From NCBI RefSeq assembly GCF_036365525.1, contig NC_090395.1, positions 71,253,232 through 71,317,231 on the forward strand: a stretch of DNA of 64,000 nt, read 5' to 3'. Under the pieces are notes generated by a model. The model made no database searches. It saw nothing but the letters and a program-made list of their open reading frames with translations, and was not told where the DNA came from. Shown here piece by piece: positions 52,358 to 64,000 of the stretch. Both the position numbers and the translations under genes were made by a program. Position 1 is the stretch's first letter; every line of letters starts with the position of its first letter. Source of the stretch: Heterodontus francisci (Eukaryota).

Positions 52358-53153
52358 GGGGGAATGGTAGTATAATGGTAATGTGACTCGACTAATAATC
52401 CAGACACATGAGTTCAAATTCCACCAGGGCAGCTGTTAGGATTTAAATTTAATTAATAAATCTGGAATAAAATGCTTATCTCATTAATAACGATCATCAT
52501 GAAACTACCAGATTGTTGTTAAAAACCCATCTGGTCCACTACAGAATTGTTACAACACAGAAAGAGGCCATTCGGTCTGTCATGTCTGCACCGGCTCTCT
52601 GAAAGAGCAATTTACCTAGTGCCTTCTCCCCGTGGCCCTGCACACTTTTCATTTTCAGATAACACTCCAATTCCCTCTTGAATGCCTCGAATGACCCTGC
52701 CTCCACCACCCTCTCAGGCAGTGCATCCCAGATCCCAACCACTCGCTGCAGAAAAAAAGTTTTTCTTCATGCTGCTGTTGCTTCTTTTGCCAATTACCTT
52801 AAATCTGTGCCCTCTTGTTCTCGATCCTTCCACCACACTGATGACCTTCAGAAGAAGAAATCTGCCATCCTCACCTAGTCTGGCCTACATTTAACTCCAG
52901 ACCCACAGCAATGTGGTTGATTCTTAACTGCCCTTTGAAATGTTGCCGCAAGCCATGCAGTTGTATCAAACTGCTACAGAAAATAGCACTGTGTACACCC
53001 ACACACTATGGATGTATCTTTACAACATGGTTTTAACATTTCTGCAACAGTTCAAGAAGGTGACTCACCAACACCTTCTCAAAGGCAATTAAGGATGGAC
53101 AATAAATGCTGACCTTTCAAATGATACTCACCTCCCAAGGACGAATGAAAAAA
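52358..53153 (+). mobile_element. SINE-like derivative of LINE family B (head, body, tail), with a CR1 tail nested at ~52540-52832
   Basis: The 5' part matches the reverse complement of 48180-47862. The 3' part matches the family B tail (TTCAAGAAGG..CTCACC..GGCAATT..AATAAATGCTG..GAATGAAAAAA). Confidence 0.8.
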
Positions 53154-53172
53154 GTCACATGCTGAGTCTTCA

Positions 53173-54765
53173 GGGTGGCACAATGGCGCAGTGGTTAGCA
53201 CCGCAGCCTCACAGCTCCAGCAACCCGGGTTCAGTTCTGGGTACTGCCTGTGCGGAGTTTGCAAGTTCTCCCTGTGTCTGTGTGGGTTTCGGCTGGGTGC
53301 TCTGGTTTCCTCCCACAGCCAAAGACTTGCAGGTTGATAGGTAAATTGGCCATTGTAAATTGCCCCTAGTGTAGGCAGGTGGTAGGAGAATGGTGGGGAT
53401 GTGGTAGGGAATATGGGGTTAATGTAGGATTGGTATAAAGGGGTGGTTGTTGATCAGCACAGACTTTTTTTTTAGAACATTACAGCGCAGTACAGGCCCT
53501 TCGGCCCTCGATGTTGCGCCGACCTGTGAAACCATCTGACCTACACTATTCCATTTTCATCCATATGTCTATCCAATGACCACTTAAATGCCCTTAAAGT
53601 TGGCGAGTCTACTACTGTTGCAGGCAGGGCGTTCCACGCCCCTACTACTCTCTGAGTAAAGAAACTACCTCTCACATCTGTCCTATATCTATCACCCCTC
53701 AACTTGAAGCTGTGTCCCCTCGTGTTTGCCATCACCATCCGAGGAAAAAGACTCTCACTATCCACCCTATCCAACCCTCTGATTATCTTATATGTCTCTA
53801 TTAAGTCACCTCTCCTCCTCCTTCTCTCCAACGAAAACAACCTCAAGTCCCTCAGCCTTTCCTCGTAAGACCTTCCCTCCATACCAGGCAACATCCTAGT
53901 AAATCTCCTCTGCACCCTTTCCATAGCTTCCACATCCTTCCTATAATGCGGTGACCAGAACTGCACGCAATACTCCAGGTGCGGTCTCACCAGAGTTTTG
54001 TACAGCTGCAGCATGACCTCGTGGCTCCGAAACTCGATCCCCCTACTAATAAAAGCTAACACACCATATGCCTTAACAGCCCTATTAACCTGGGTAGCAA
54101 CCTTCAGGGATTTATGCACCTGGACACCAAGATCTCTCTGTTCATCTACACTACCAAGAATCTTCCCATTAGCCCAGTACTCTGCATTCCTGTTACTCCT
54201 TTCAAAGTGAATCACCTCGCACTTTTCCGCATTAAACTCCATTTGCCATCTCTTAGCCCAGCTCTGCAGCCTATCTATGTCCCTCTGTACCCTACAACAT
54301 CCTTCGGCACTATCCACAACTCCACCGACCTTAGTGTCATCCGCAAATTTACTAACCCACCCTTCTACACCCTCTTCCAGGTCATTTATAAAAATGACAA
54401 ACAGCAGTGGCCCCAAAACAGATCCTTGCGGTACACCATTAGTAACTAAACTCCAGGATGTACATTTGCCATCAATCACCACCCTCTGTCTTCTTTCAGC
54501 TAGCCAATTTCTGATCCAAAGCTCTAAATCACTTTCAACCCCATACTTCCGTATTTTCTGCAATAGCCTACCGTGGGGAACCTTATCAAACGCCTTACTG
54601 AAATCCATATACACCACATCCACTGCTTTACCCTCATCCACCTGTTTGGTCACCTTCTCGAAAAACTCAATAAGGTTTGTGAGGCACGACCTACCCGTCA
54701 CAAAACCGTGCTGACTTGGTGGGCCGAAGGGCCTGTTTCAGTGCTGTATCTATAAATAAAAAAAA
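53173..54765 (+). mobile_element. HE1-type V-SINE split by a CR1 insertion
   Basis: HE1 sequence 53173-53466 resumes at 54713; GACTT is duplicated at the junctions. Confidence 0.88.
53467..54712 (-). mobile_element. Young 5'-truncated CR1 LINE (uninterrupted 386-codon RT frame)
   Basis: ORF 53541..54701 with DFSKAFDKVPH, GVPQGSVLGP and FADDTK; short tail ending in an A run. Confidence 0.95.
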
Positions 54766-57700
54766 TTATAGGATTCCTATACTCCTAGGTTCCTTTGTTT
54801 GAAAAAGCCCACCCTGGCAGTGTCAATCTTCATTAAATTTCCATCAGTCAGTTTCCATCAGTTGGGGGTAGATGTTCGGCTGGACCCGGCTGCATTGGCA
54901 TCCTTCCAAAGTGTTTGTGTCTTTAGCCCACCAGCCATTCTTAGTTGTTAATGTCTTATCAAAACTCATCAATTCTCAAGGCTGAAGACTGGTTCCCTCA
55001 TTTCAAACACAGATGTTTCATCTCTGAAGACTATGGCTTTGTTCAATTTGACTGCACTGTCTGGGGAAACACAATTACTACAGAATACTACAGTTTAGCA
55101 AGTTTTAACAGAAACCAATAGTTTTGCCATCAAACTGTCCTCAGCTCTCTAGGCATGATGCTAATGTGGTCAAGCTTTAGCGTAAAGTTAATTTTTAGTT
55201 AAGCCGTTACTGTTTTACATTCCCCCCTCAAATGTCTAAGTGAATGTTTTTGTTAATCCATTAAGACACTTCCAAGATTCATTCTCGATCAGCCCTTTGC
55301 CACTTTTTTGAACAATTGTTTCTGCTTTCTCTTTTGATTTCATCATACCAGATCAATTAGTAAGAATACCACAATAATCAATAATGACTAGTTTTCTTAT
55401 AACATACTGGTGTAATTGTTCTTCTAACTCAACTTCTATAAGAATATCTACTTGCTTATGTGAATTAGCAGTATTCTAACAGTTACCTTTCCTAATTAAG
55501 TGCTATTCTAATAAACAGCTTGCAAATATTCTCGAGGGCCTGCCCCCAGCCGCACAAATACCCCAACAAGGGCCACCAATTCTAAAATATTACCATGCAA
55601 GTGCATATGCATCCAGCAACAGATCAAGCATGGACTTAAAAGATTTTCCAGCACTCACTTTACCCGTATGCATCTTCTGGATAGTTTTTACTAAATACTA
55701 TATCTTCCTAGCCTTCAATTGACCCAATCCAAATTGTGTATCCCTTTAATTTAATTTTACGCCTTCTGACCAGTACCGGTGTGTTTAATTCTATCTTGAT
55801 TATTTTAACGTCAGTTCCTCTATGGTGTATGTGCTAATGCCTTGGTAATTTTAAAGAATATTATCTCACTCTATTGACTACATTAACCATTTCATGTCAT
55901 GCTGTTTGTCAAGTAACTGAGCATGTCTGAGACCCGTTCTTCAGTGCAGATTCACTATGCATTTCTACGTGTTAGTTGCTTCATGTGTAACAAACCACAT
56001 CTGCACACATACCGGTATCCCATGCCACATGTGCCATCCGATACAAGCCATTCTTGGACTCTCAGATGATCTTATCAAAGGGTTAAGGGGGGATGTCTTT
56101 CTGAAGATCTTTGCTTTTCTCCCCCTGTATAGTTCCAATGTCTGAGGTAGTGGCCCGACTATCAGCAAATGCAGTTATCTTAAAAAGTTCAGAGGCAAAG
56201 ATGCAAGCATCTCTAAGAGAAAGCTATCAATTTACTAGTCCCATCTAAACTTTCCTTTCATTAGAATGTACATTAATACCACATTTATATATTCCATTAA
56301 ATTGCACCCCAGTGATTTTTCCAATTCCCATTTGGTGGTGTGTTTTTCCCTGTCTCTATCTTCTATCCTAAATCACTTCCTCTCATTCAATTTTACACAT
56401 CCCATTAGTTACCATTTCACCTCATTCAAGGGCCTGGAGAAACTTTACTGTCCAATACAATATTCTCATATCTTTCAAACAGAAACCAAACATTCCCACT
56501 TGATTCCAGGCATTAGCACATTTTGTTTGTTCTTTATTTTAGATGACCTTTTATTTCTCAAAAATAACCTGTTAAATTGTGCCTGACATTTTATCATTTC
56601 AAAATTACCTGAAATTCAAATAAGAGTATTGTTGAGCTGACAGGCGTTGTCAAAGTTCAATTTACTTCTCCCCAAAAGAAACCTTTTTTTTTGTTACTCA
56701 GGAATCACCTAGATTGTTTTTAATTTTTAGTTTCTTTTAAATGAAAATTTGATTATCCCTTAAATTTCAGATAAATTTCCCTTTGAGTGCGTGAAATTAG
56801 CAACACATATCAATTTATTTTATCAATTCCCATCTCTGAAGCAATGATGCTCAGGCTTAGTGATTTTACATGGTGTTTTTACATCAGAGACAACAGGGTT
56901 CACAATCAGTTTAGAGGTGTCTCCCCTTCTCGAGAACTTTGTCTCAGAAGATAACAAATGGACTGCATAGATCAAGGTCAAGTCTTTAAAAGGCAAAGCA
57001 TTTAGTTTAAATCATCACCATGCTGTGACATTTGATGTCTGCAGGTAAACTTCTTAAATTTCAAAAGCGTTTCAATCTCTTGCTGAGGTTTGGACTCATG
57101 CAGCTCTGGAAACCATTGTCATCTGTTTAAAAAGCACAAAGAATCCATTGTAACTCTGCCCAGGATGCCAATAGGTTAATTTTTCCAGTCATATCTATCA
57201 ATTTAGAAACTTGAGACTTAATTGTGTCCAATATATAAATTTACACTCAGCAATACAAATATGTGGTGAATTAAATTTTAAAAGCTGTCAGCAGAAAGGG
57301 TTAACTTCGCTGCTTGTTTACAAGAGGACAGAGCAAAACATTCTCAGATGCACGCAATTGTGTCACTTTACGTAATTTTTTTCCCTTCCTGATCAAAGAC
57401 GAACGAAGCACCATTTTAAATTGTTTTCCCAAGTCTTAGAACCTTTTTTAAGTGACACAAGTTTTTTTTAATCCTTAGGAATTGAAAACAAAAAAAAAAC
57501 ATTCGTAACATTGTCATTTCAAAGGAAAAACATTCTCCTTAGAGAAGACAGCATTTTCAATTAAACTCCAATTGTTTCCAAACATTTTAGCATTTTTTTG
57601 TAAGAGGTTTCTAACCCAAGATTTTTTTTTGGTATAACAAATATCCCAAATTCCAACTTACACCATTAAATATTTAAATTCAAAACTGCCAAGCTTTAGA

Positions 57701-59053
57701 TGTGTGAGCCATATTATCAAGAATTAAAGACTCCCACATACTTTATCATAATAACCAGGATTTCACTTTGCCACAATGGAAACCTGGTTTCCACAACTTA
57801 ACAGGTTAGTTAACCTTAATAATTCCAATTCAATACAGACCAATGTTTATTAACTAAACACAGAATAGAATAGCACATGCTAAAAAAGAAAAGATAAATT
57901 ACTTAATTTTTCTTGTGCTTTCTTCAGGCGCCTTCCAAATGACTGTAATAAAACTAAAGGAAAAGTTAGCGTTCACAGTTAAATGAAACCTTCAACATTC
58001 TTATATCATAAAGAGTTAAAGAGGGCAGAGCTTTGCACAGCTTGTGAACTCTGAAACTTTCACACCAGTTTCTTAAAGCAACAATGCTGCAAACTTGCAG
58101 TTTTTAAACAGTATAAAAGGGGCCAGAATCTTTCCCGTATCTCGATTATTTATGTTTTTTTCTCCCTTAAGGCATTTTATCAATTTCAGATGTCTTTAAA
58201 TTACATTGCAAAAAAAAACAATAGCAGTATTTTTTAACAAAAACTCCAGTACAATTAATGCATAGTGTTTTGGAAAGTTTAAACTGGATTTCTGCCAGAC
58301 ATCTTCAAGGCTTCAAGGCTGAAGCTTATCTCTTATAAAGCAAACACTTTGGTGTCTTTCACAATTGCAAAACTAAACTTATGCTTCCAACATTGAAGGC
58401 AAGACTACAAAGGGTTAATGACTTTTAGCTCTGCAGAGAAGGGTGTAAATCTCCAGCAAACAGAATTTTTTTTAAAAAACAAATTTTCATTCGCAACTCG
58501 GGAAGCTCTCCACCTCTCTCATACACAGATACTGAATACAGAATCCAGTTGCCTTTCCTTAAAAACAGAACATGTCAGCTATTCCTTTTTTCATAGCAGT
58601 TTTAATTTTTGTTGTGAGCCTTTTTAACTTATTTCTTTTCTCAGGTGGGGGTTCAGGTGGGGGTCAGTTATTACCAGGTCCTCTATCGCAACCTTCTCTC
58701 CACCACTATCCAATGACACCCATGTTCCTTCCACTGGGACCATTCCTTGCATGCAAGTGTACCCCTGCATCCACTATTCTGCTTTGCTGATGGTCTCTCT
58801 TGTACCCACCCCTCCTCCAGGGTAATTCACAGAGTGGACCTTCTTGGACTCCCCCTCCCCCCTCCGAGGGATAATTTCCATGCAACATATTTAGTAACCA
58901 ATTCATCCAAAAATATTCCCTTAAGATTTGATTGTTCCATTACTCCTTATTCATTTCACTTTGTGGACGGCTATATCTGTAGAACCTTTTGGTCTACTTA
59001 TTCTGGTTTATACATGAGAAGTACAGGAAATAATGGAGTGCACTCAAACTTCT

Positions 59054-59363
59054 GGGCGGCACAGTGGCGCAGTGGTTAGCACCGCAGCCTCACAGCTCCA
59101 GTGACCTGGGTTTGGTTCTGGGTAATGCCTGTGTGGAGTTTGCAAGTTCTCCCTGTGACTGTGGCGGTTTCAACCAGGTGCTCCAGTTTCCTCCCACTGC
59201 CAAAGACTTGCAGGTTGATAGGTAAATTGGCCATTTTAAATTGCCCCTAGTGTTGGTAGGGAATATGGGATTAATGTAGGATTAGTAAAATGGGTGGTTG
59301 ATGGTCAGCACAGACTTGGTGGGCCAAAGTGCCTGTTTCAGTGCTGTATCTCTCTATGACTCT
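59054..59363 (+). mobile_element. HE1-type V-SINE
   Basis: GGGCGGCACAGTGGCGCAGTGGTTAGC head, V-domain and tail CTCTATGACTCTA. Confidence 0.9.
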
Positions 59364-59566
59364 AATTATCCAACAATATTATGTTGAACCAAAATGTATC
59401 AAAACATGTAATATGAACCTGTACTGTACGATGGATGACTATTTGGCGCTAATAATAAATTGTTCAAAATATGAAGCAAGTGAAATATCTGCAAAAACCG
59501 TAGAGCGGTTAACTTCGCTTTGATTGTAGTTGTCTGGTGACAGACCGAGTCACTCCTTCTCAACAG

Positions 59567-60827
59567 TTTTTTTTTAATGCATTCATGGGATGTGGGCGTC
59601 GCTGGCCAGGAGAGCATTTATTGCCCATCCCTAATTGCCCTTGAGAAGGTGGTGGTGAGCTGCCTTCTTGAACCGCTGCAGTCCATTTGGGGCAGGTATA
59701 CCCACAGTGCTGTTAGGAAGGGAGTTCCAGGATTTTGACCCAGCGACAGGGAAGGAATGGCGATATAGTTCCAAGTCAGGATGGTGTGTGACTTGGAGGG
59801 GAACTTGCAGGTGCTGGTGTTCCCATGCATTTGCTGCCCTTGTCCTTCTAGTTGGTAGAGGTCGCGGGTTTGGAAGGTGCTGTCTAAGGAGCCTTGGTGC
59901 CTTGCTGCAGTGCATCTTGTAGATGGTACACACTGCTGCCACTGTGCGTCGGTGGTGGAGGGAGTGAATGTTTGTGAATGGGGTGCCAATCAAGTGGGCT
60001 GCTTTGTCCTGGATGGTGTCGAGCTTCTTGAGTGTTGTTGGAGCTGCGCTCATCCAGGCAAGTGGAGGGTATTCCATCACACTCCTGACTTGTGCCTTGT
60101 AGATGGTGGACAGGCTTTGGGGAGTCAGGAGGTGAGTTACTCGCCACAGGATTCCTATTCTCTGACCTGCTCTTGTAGCCACGGTATTTATATGGCTACT
60201 CCAGTTCAGTTTCTGGTCAATGGTAGCCCCTAGGATGTTGATAGTGGGGGATTCAGCGATGGTAATGCCCAGGGGAGATGTTTTGATTCTCTCTTGTTGG
60301 AGATGGTCATTGCCTGGCACTTGTGTGGCGCGAATGTTACTTGCCACTTATCAGCCCAAGCCTGGATATTGTCCAGATCTTACTGCATTTCTACACGGAC
60401 TGCTTCAGTATCTGAGGAGTCACGAATGGTGCTGAACATTGTGCAATCATCAGCGAGCATCCCCACTTCTGACCTTATGATTGAAGGAAGGTCATTGATG
60501 AAGTAGCTGAAGATAGTTGGGCCTAGGTCACAACCCTGAGGAACTCCTGCAGTGATGTCCTGGAGCTCAGTTGATTGACCTCCAACAACCACAACCATCT
60601 TCCTTTGCGCTAGGTATGACTCCAGCCAGCGGAGGGTTTTCCCCCTGATTCCCATTGACCTCAGTTTTGCTATGGCTCCTTGATGCCATACTCGGTCAAA
60701 TGCTGCCTTGATGTCAAGGGCAGTCACTCTCATCTCACCTCTGGAGTTCAGCTCTTTTGTCCATGTTTGAACCAAGGCTGTAATGAGGTCAGGAGCTGAG
60801 TGGCCCTGGCGGAGCCCAAACTGAACG
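59567..60827 (-). mobile_element. LINE family B, 5'-truncated, inserted in the right-hand LTR
   Basis: QFGLRQGHSAPDLIT, ALDIKAAFDRVWH and MLADD motifs. LTR homology resumes on both sides. Confidence 0.92.
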
Positions 60828-61228
60828 TTGCAACACAAAAGTTTCTTTAGCAATTTCTTTTGTACTCTAATGCTAGGGAGCGACAAGATAGTATACTGAC
60901 AGTAGCTTACAGTCCAATTAGTATTTGTTTTAGGCCACAATACCCTATCAAATATGGAGTCCTTTGTTTGAAAAAGTCCAGTCCGGCAACGTCAATCTTC
61001 TTTAAACTTCCTTCAATCAGTTTCCATCAGTTGGGGGTTTTTGGGGACGGTTCTTTACCCTCCAGTCTCCGGCTTGACTCGGCTGTATTGGCATTGTTCC
61101 AAACAAGTTTGTGCCTTTAGCCCACCAGCCATTGTTTGTTGTTAGTACCTTATCAAACCTCGTTAATTCTCAAGGCTCAAGAACTGTTCCCTCGTTTCAA
61201 GCACAGGTGTTTCATCTCTGAACACTAT

Positions 61229-61967
61229 GGCTGGAATTTTACGGCTCTGGTGGGAGCAGGCTGGAGGCAGGGGAGTGTAAAATTGAGTGGGAGGACGGGG
61301 GGTGCCGTTCCCATCGCCTTCTCGCCCCTGCTGAAATTTTATGCGCAGCGGAGGAGATGACAAACCACCTGCCCACCCCATGCCAATTAAGGCCCTTAGG
61401 TGGCTAATTATGTTCCACCTAAGGGCTCCCTCTTACCACCACTGTATGTTACCAGCGGCAGACCACTTTATCAGCTGTGGAGGCTGGCCAGTAAAATCTG
61501 ACGGCCTCCTTGTGGGCTGGGGGCGCCCTCCTGATCGGGCACCATGTGACCCATGGAGGGCCCCCACAACACAAGCTGCACCCACTGGAGCACCTCCTCC
61601 ACCCATCCATCAACCCACCCCCCTCCCCGCCTCACCAGGGCCAAGCTGTTTTTCCCCGATGAGGACCCACACACTTACCTCTATTCCGGAGCCTCCTCCA
61701 TTGCTGTTCCTGTCACTGGGTGCAGCCCCTTCAATGGCCACTGCTCCAGTGGCACTGCTGGGACTGAAGGGCTGCCAACTCTCTGATTGGTCAGCAGATA
61801 TTGGAGGCGGGACCTCCTGCCTCAAAGGGGCGGAAGTCCCATCTGAGGCCAATTACTGGCCTGGGCCACTTAAAATTACGGCGTGGCTTCCAGGCAGGGC
61901 AGAGATGCACTCGGCCCGACTTTTTGGCCAGTGGGCAGGGCCTCCGCCCCGATGTAAAATTCCGGCC
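61229..61967. mobile_element. Non-autonomous PIF/Harbinger-type transposon (MITE)
   Basis: TIRs GGCTGGAATTTTAC / GTAAAATTCCGGCC (13/14) and 3-bp TSD TAT. The empty site ACTATGGCTTTG is present in the paralogous repeat at ~55030. Confidence 0.88.
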
Positions 61968-63911
61968 TATGGCTTTGTTCAATTTGATTGCACTGTCTGG
62001 GAAAACATAATTACTACAGAATATTACAGTTTAGCTATTTTTGTCAGAAGCCAGTGGTTTTCCCATCAAACAGCCTCGGCTCTCAAGGCATGATGGTAAT
62101 TTGGTCAAGCATTAGCATAAAGTTAATTTTTAGTCAAGTTGTTACTGTCTTAAAGTTCTGTTCCACACCTGAGTTTATCTCAAAACCAATGATTAACCTG
62201 GTGGAGCATCTGAATTATATTCTTGTCACTATCACCCAGTTTAACTTCCTTCCACAATGTCTATTATAGATTCCCAGGTTAGATATGACATGCATTAAGC
62301 AATATCGAATGCTTGAAGTCATTCAGTTTGATAGTTAGCATTACTTAAAGCAAGATCTTAAGAAAACCAATGTGCATTTTAGCCAGTCTTTGCATACTGC
62401 TATATTCAAAATTTCTACACTCTTAAGTTTAAAAAGATTATGCTAATTTATATAGATTTGCATAATGCTTGTAATAAGAATTTTGACCTAGCTCACTTGA
62501 TATAACTTCCAATCTAATGCTGTTAGTCTCGCTGTAAGAACCTTGTTGATTGAGCTGTAACTGGGTTTTTAACGCTGTGCTAACTTCATCATTACTGCTA
62601 AACACCCTCACTCACCCTGAAAAGCTAATTTTATATTTATGGCATGTTAAGTTTCTCTGCAATGATTACAAATTCCACATATCTTATAAACTTTTTTTAT
62701 TTTTAAACAAATCTGTTTATCTTTATTTTAGTTTCTATCTTAACACAGCCATATTTATTTCGCTATCTGAAAATTAAAATTAAGGTGAATTAAGTACTTT
62801 CAGCTTCCTGGTTTGCTGTGTGCGAATACTTCAATTCGTTTGGTTGCCTCCCTGCTTGCTGGCATCACTACTGCTGCACACTGGTAGATCCTCTTGACTT
62901 GGCACTAGATTTAATCTGTCATTGGCAATGTGGAAAGATTGCTAGATCTTTGAAGGCAGCTTTCTTCAAGGTCAGTAGTCAGCAAACGAGCTTCCCCACT
63001 GACTGCAAATTCCAGGCCATTGAGTGTTGTTCTGGTGCCCAAGTGATACAGTTAGTGTGAAAGCAAAGTTGACTACTCTTAACTTCGAAGAACAGCTAAT
63101 GACTTGAGGAATGATGCCCATATACTCGACATCTCTTTACGATATTTGTCATTTAGCGTAAGGCAACATCAAAGGGATATTTTGTTCATTATATTTGCCT
63201 GAGGCTCCAGTTACATGGAGCATTTTATTTTCTTCCCAATCATTCATAATCTTTAGCCTAGTCTGCAATCATGTTGGATGATGGGATATGTCTCATCCTT
63301 GACATTTTCCCGGCTGCACAATTAATTGATGAACTGTAGCTTGTGCAGGTCTGGACTTTGAATGTCAGGAGTGAAAGACAAACAAACTGGCTCTCCGACT
63401 CCCCTGTCTCCTGCATCACAAAGGGCAGTGTTTGATGCTGAACTCTTGTTTGTTACGTGGCCTCACCGGGTCATTTAGGAGCTGAATAATTGGGACAATT
63501 CTGTACACAATTACGCTCCACATTACGGTTCTCGTTTCCTGAATTTTCCACCTTCTCCCGGAGGTGCTGATTCACGTCCCATTACAGCTCCATGGGCACC
63601 CGGCTACCGTTCAGTGCCTCAGCCCACATTGAGGCTCGACACTGAGAATCAGAAAGCTGGTCGTCCATACATGGCACCACAGCCAAGCTTCCTCCTGTTA
63701 CTACCTGACATCAAATGGTTCAGTTTTTTCTCCTGACACCTTCCTCATGTTAAAGTAAACAAGGGAGGCCCTTTATGAGCGTAAGTCCACTATTTTTCAT
63801 CATAGCTCACATGCCCAGATTTAAATATTAATCACCGCTTGTGGTAAATCTAGAAGAAGGACGGGGAAAAGACTATTTTGATTAAACTGCGAATCACAGA
63901 GGATGGTGACT

Positions 63912-64000
63912 ACATAAGAACAAAAGAACATCAGAAATAGGAGCAGGAGTTGCCTGCTCTGACATTCAATGAAATCATGGCTGATCTGATTGTGGCCTTA
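63912..64000 (-). mobile_element. CR1 tail
   Basis: ACATAAGAACA..GAAATAGGAGCAGGAGT..CATTCAATGAAATCATGGCTGATCTG. Confidence 0.7.

Larger units (their letters stand above)
52043..62154 (-). mobile_element. Degraded LTR retroelement/ERV-like provirus with two interrupted LTRs
   Basis: Diverged direct repeats: ~52043-52357 plus ~54790-55219, and ~59382-59565 plus 60828-61228 plus 61968-62154. Minus-strand polypurine tract GAGGGGGGAA (55229-55220) abuts TGTAAAACAG. No intact gag/pol or PBS is recognisable. Confidence 0.55.

Noticed and set aside
59631-60347. 238-aa ORF and recurring MAPHPQTFT.. / MLSKEPW.. ORFs as a host gene family
   Set aside because: These are the ORF2 C-terminus and the alternative or antisense frames of LINE family B copies.
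61341-62093. 250-aa proline-rich ORF
   Set aside because: It lies in a GC-rich MITE, crosses the TIR into LTR sequence and has no recognisable domain.

Overview
Vertebrate genomic DNA, most likely from a cartilaginous fish, inferred from HE1-type V-SINEs, Deu-domain SINEs and abundant CR1 LINEs. The only host coding sequence is the large first coding exon of the A-type K+ channel gene KCND3 (Kv4.3), 23476-24587 (+). It is preceded by a repeat-poor promoter/5'UTR region and followed by more than 39 kb of intron that carries a near-perfect REST/NRSF RE1 site. Most of the rest is nested mobile DNA: CR1 LINEs, a second LINE family, L2, SINEs, solo LTRs, a degraded two-LTR element, hAT and Harbinger non-autonomous transposons, and a Penelope-like element (PLE). 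The most notable observations are three. (i) A family of 100-250 bp PLE-terminus insertions with target-site duplications (TSDs), mostly fold-back palindromes, carries a minimal hammerhead-ribozyme motif. (ii) An apparently full-length LINE starts with a tRNA-like Pol III head and shows no ORF1, and an internally deleted SINE-like derivative lies nearby. (iii) Tandem splice acceptors could include or exclude a uORF in front of the KCND3 start codon. Everything was read by eye; repeat boundaries are approximate unless a TSD or TIR is quoted.
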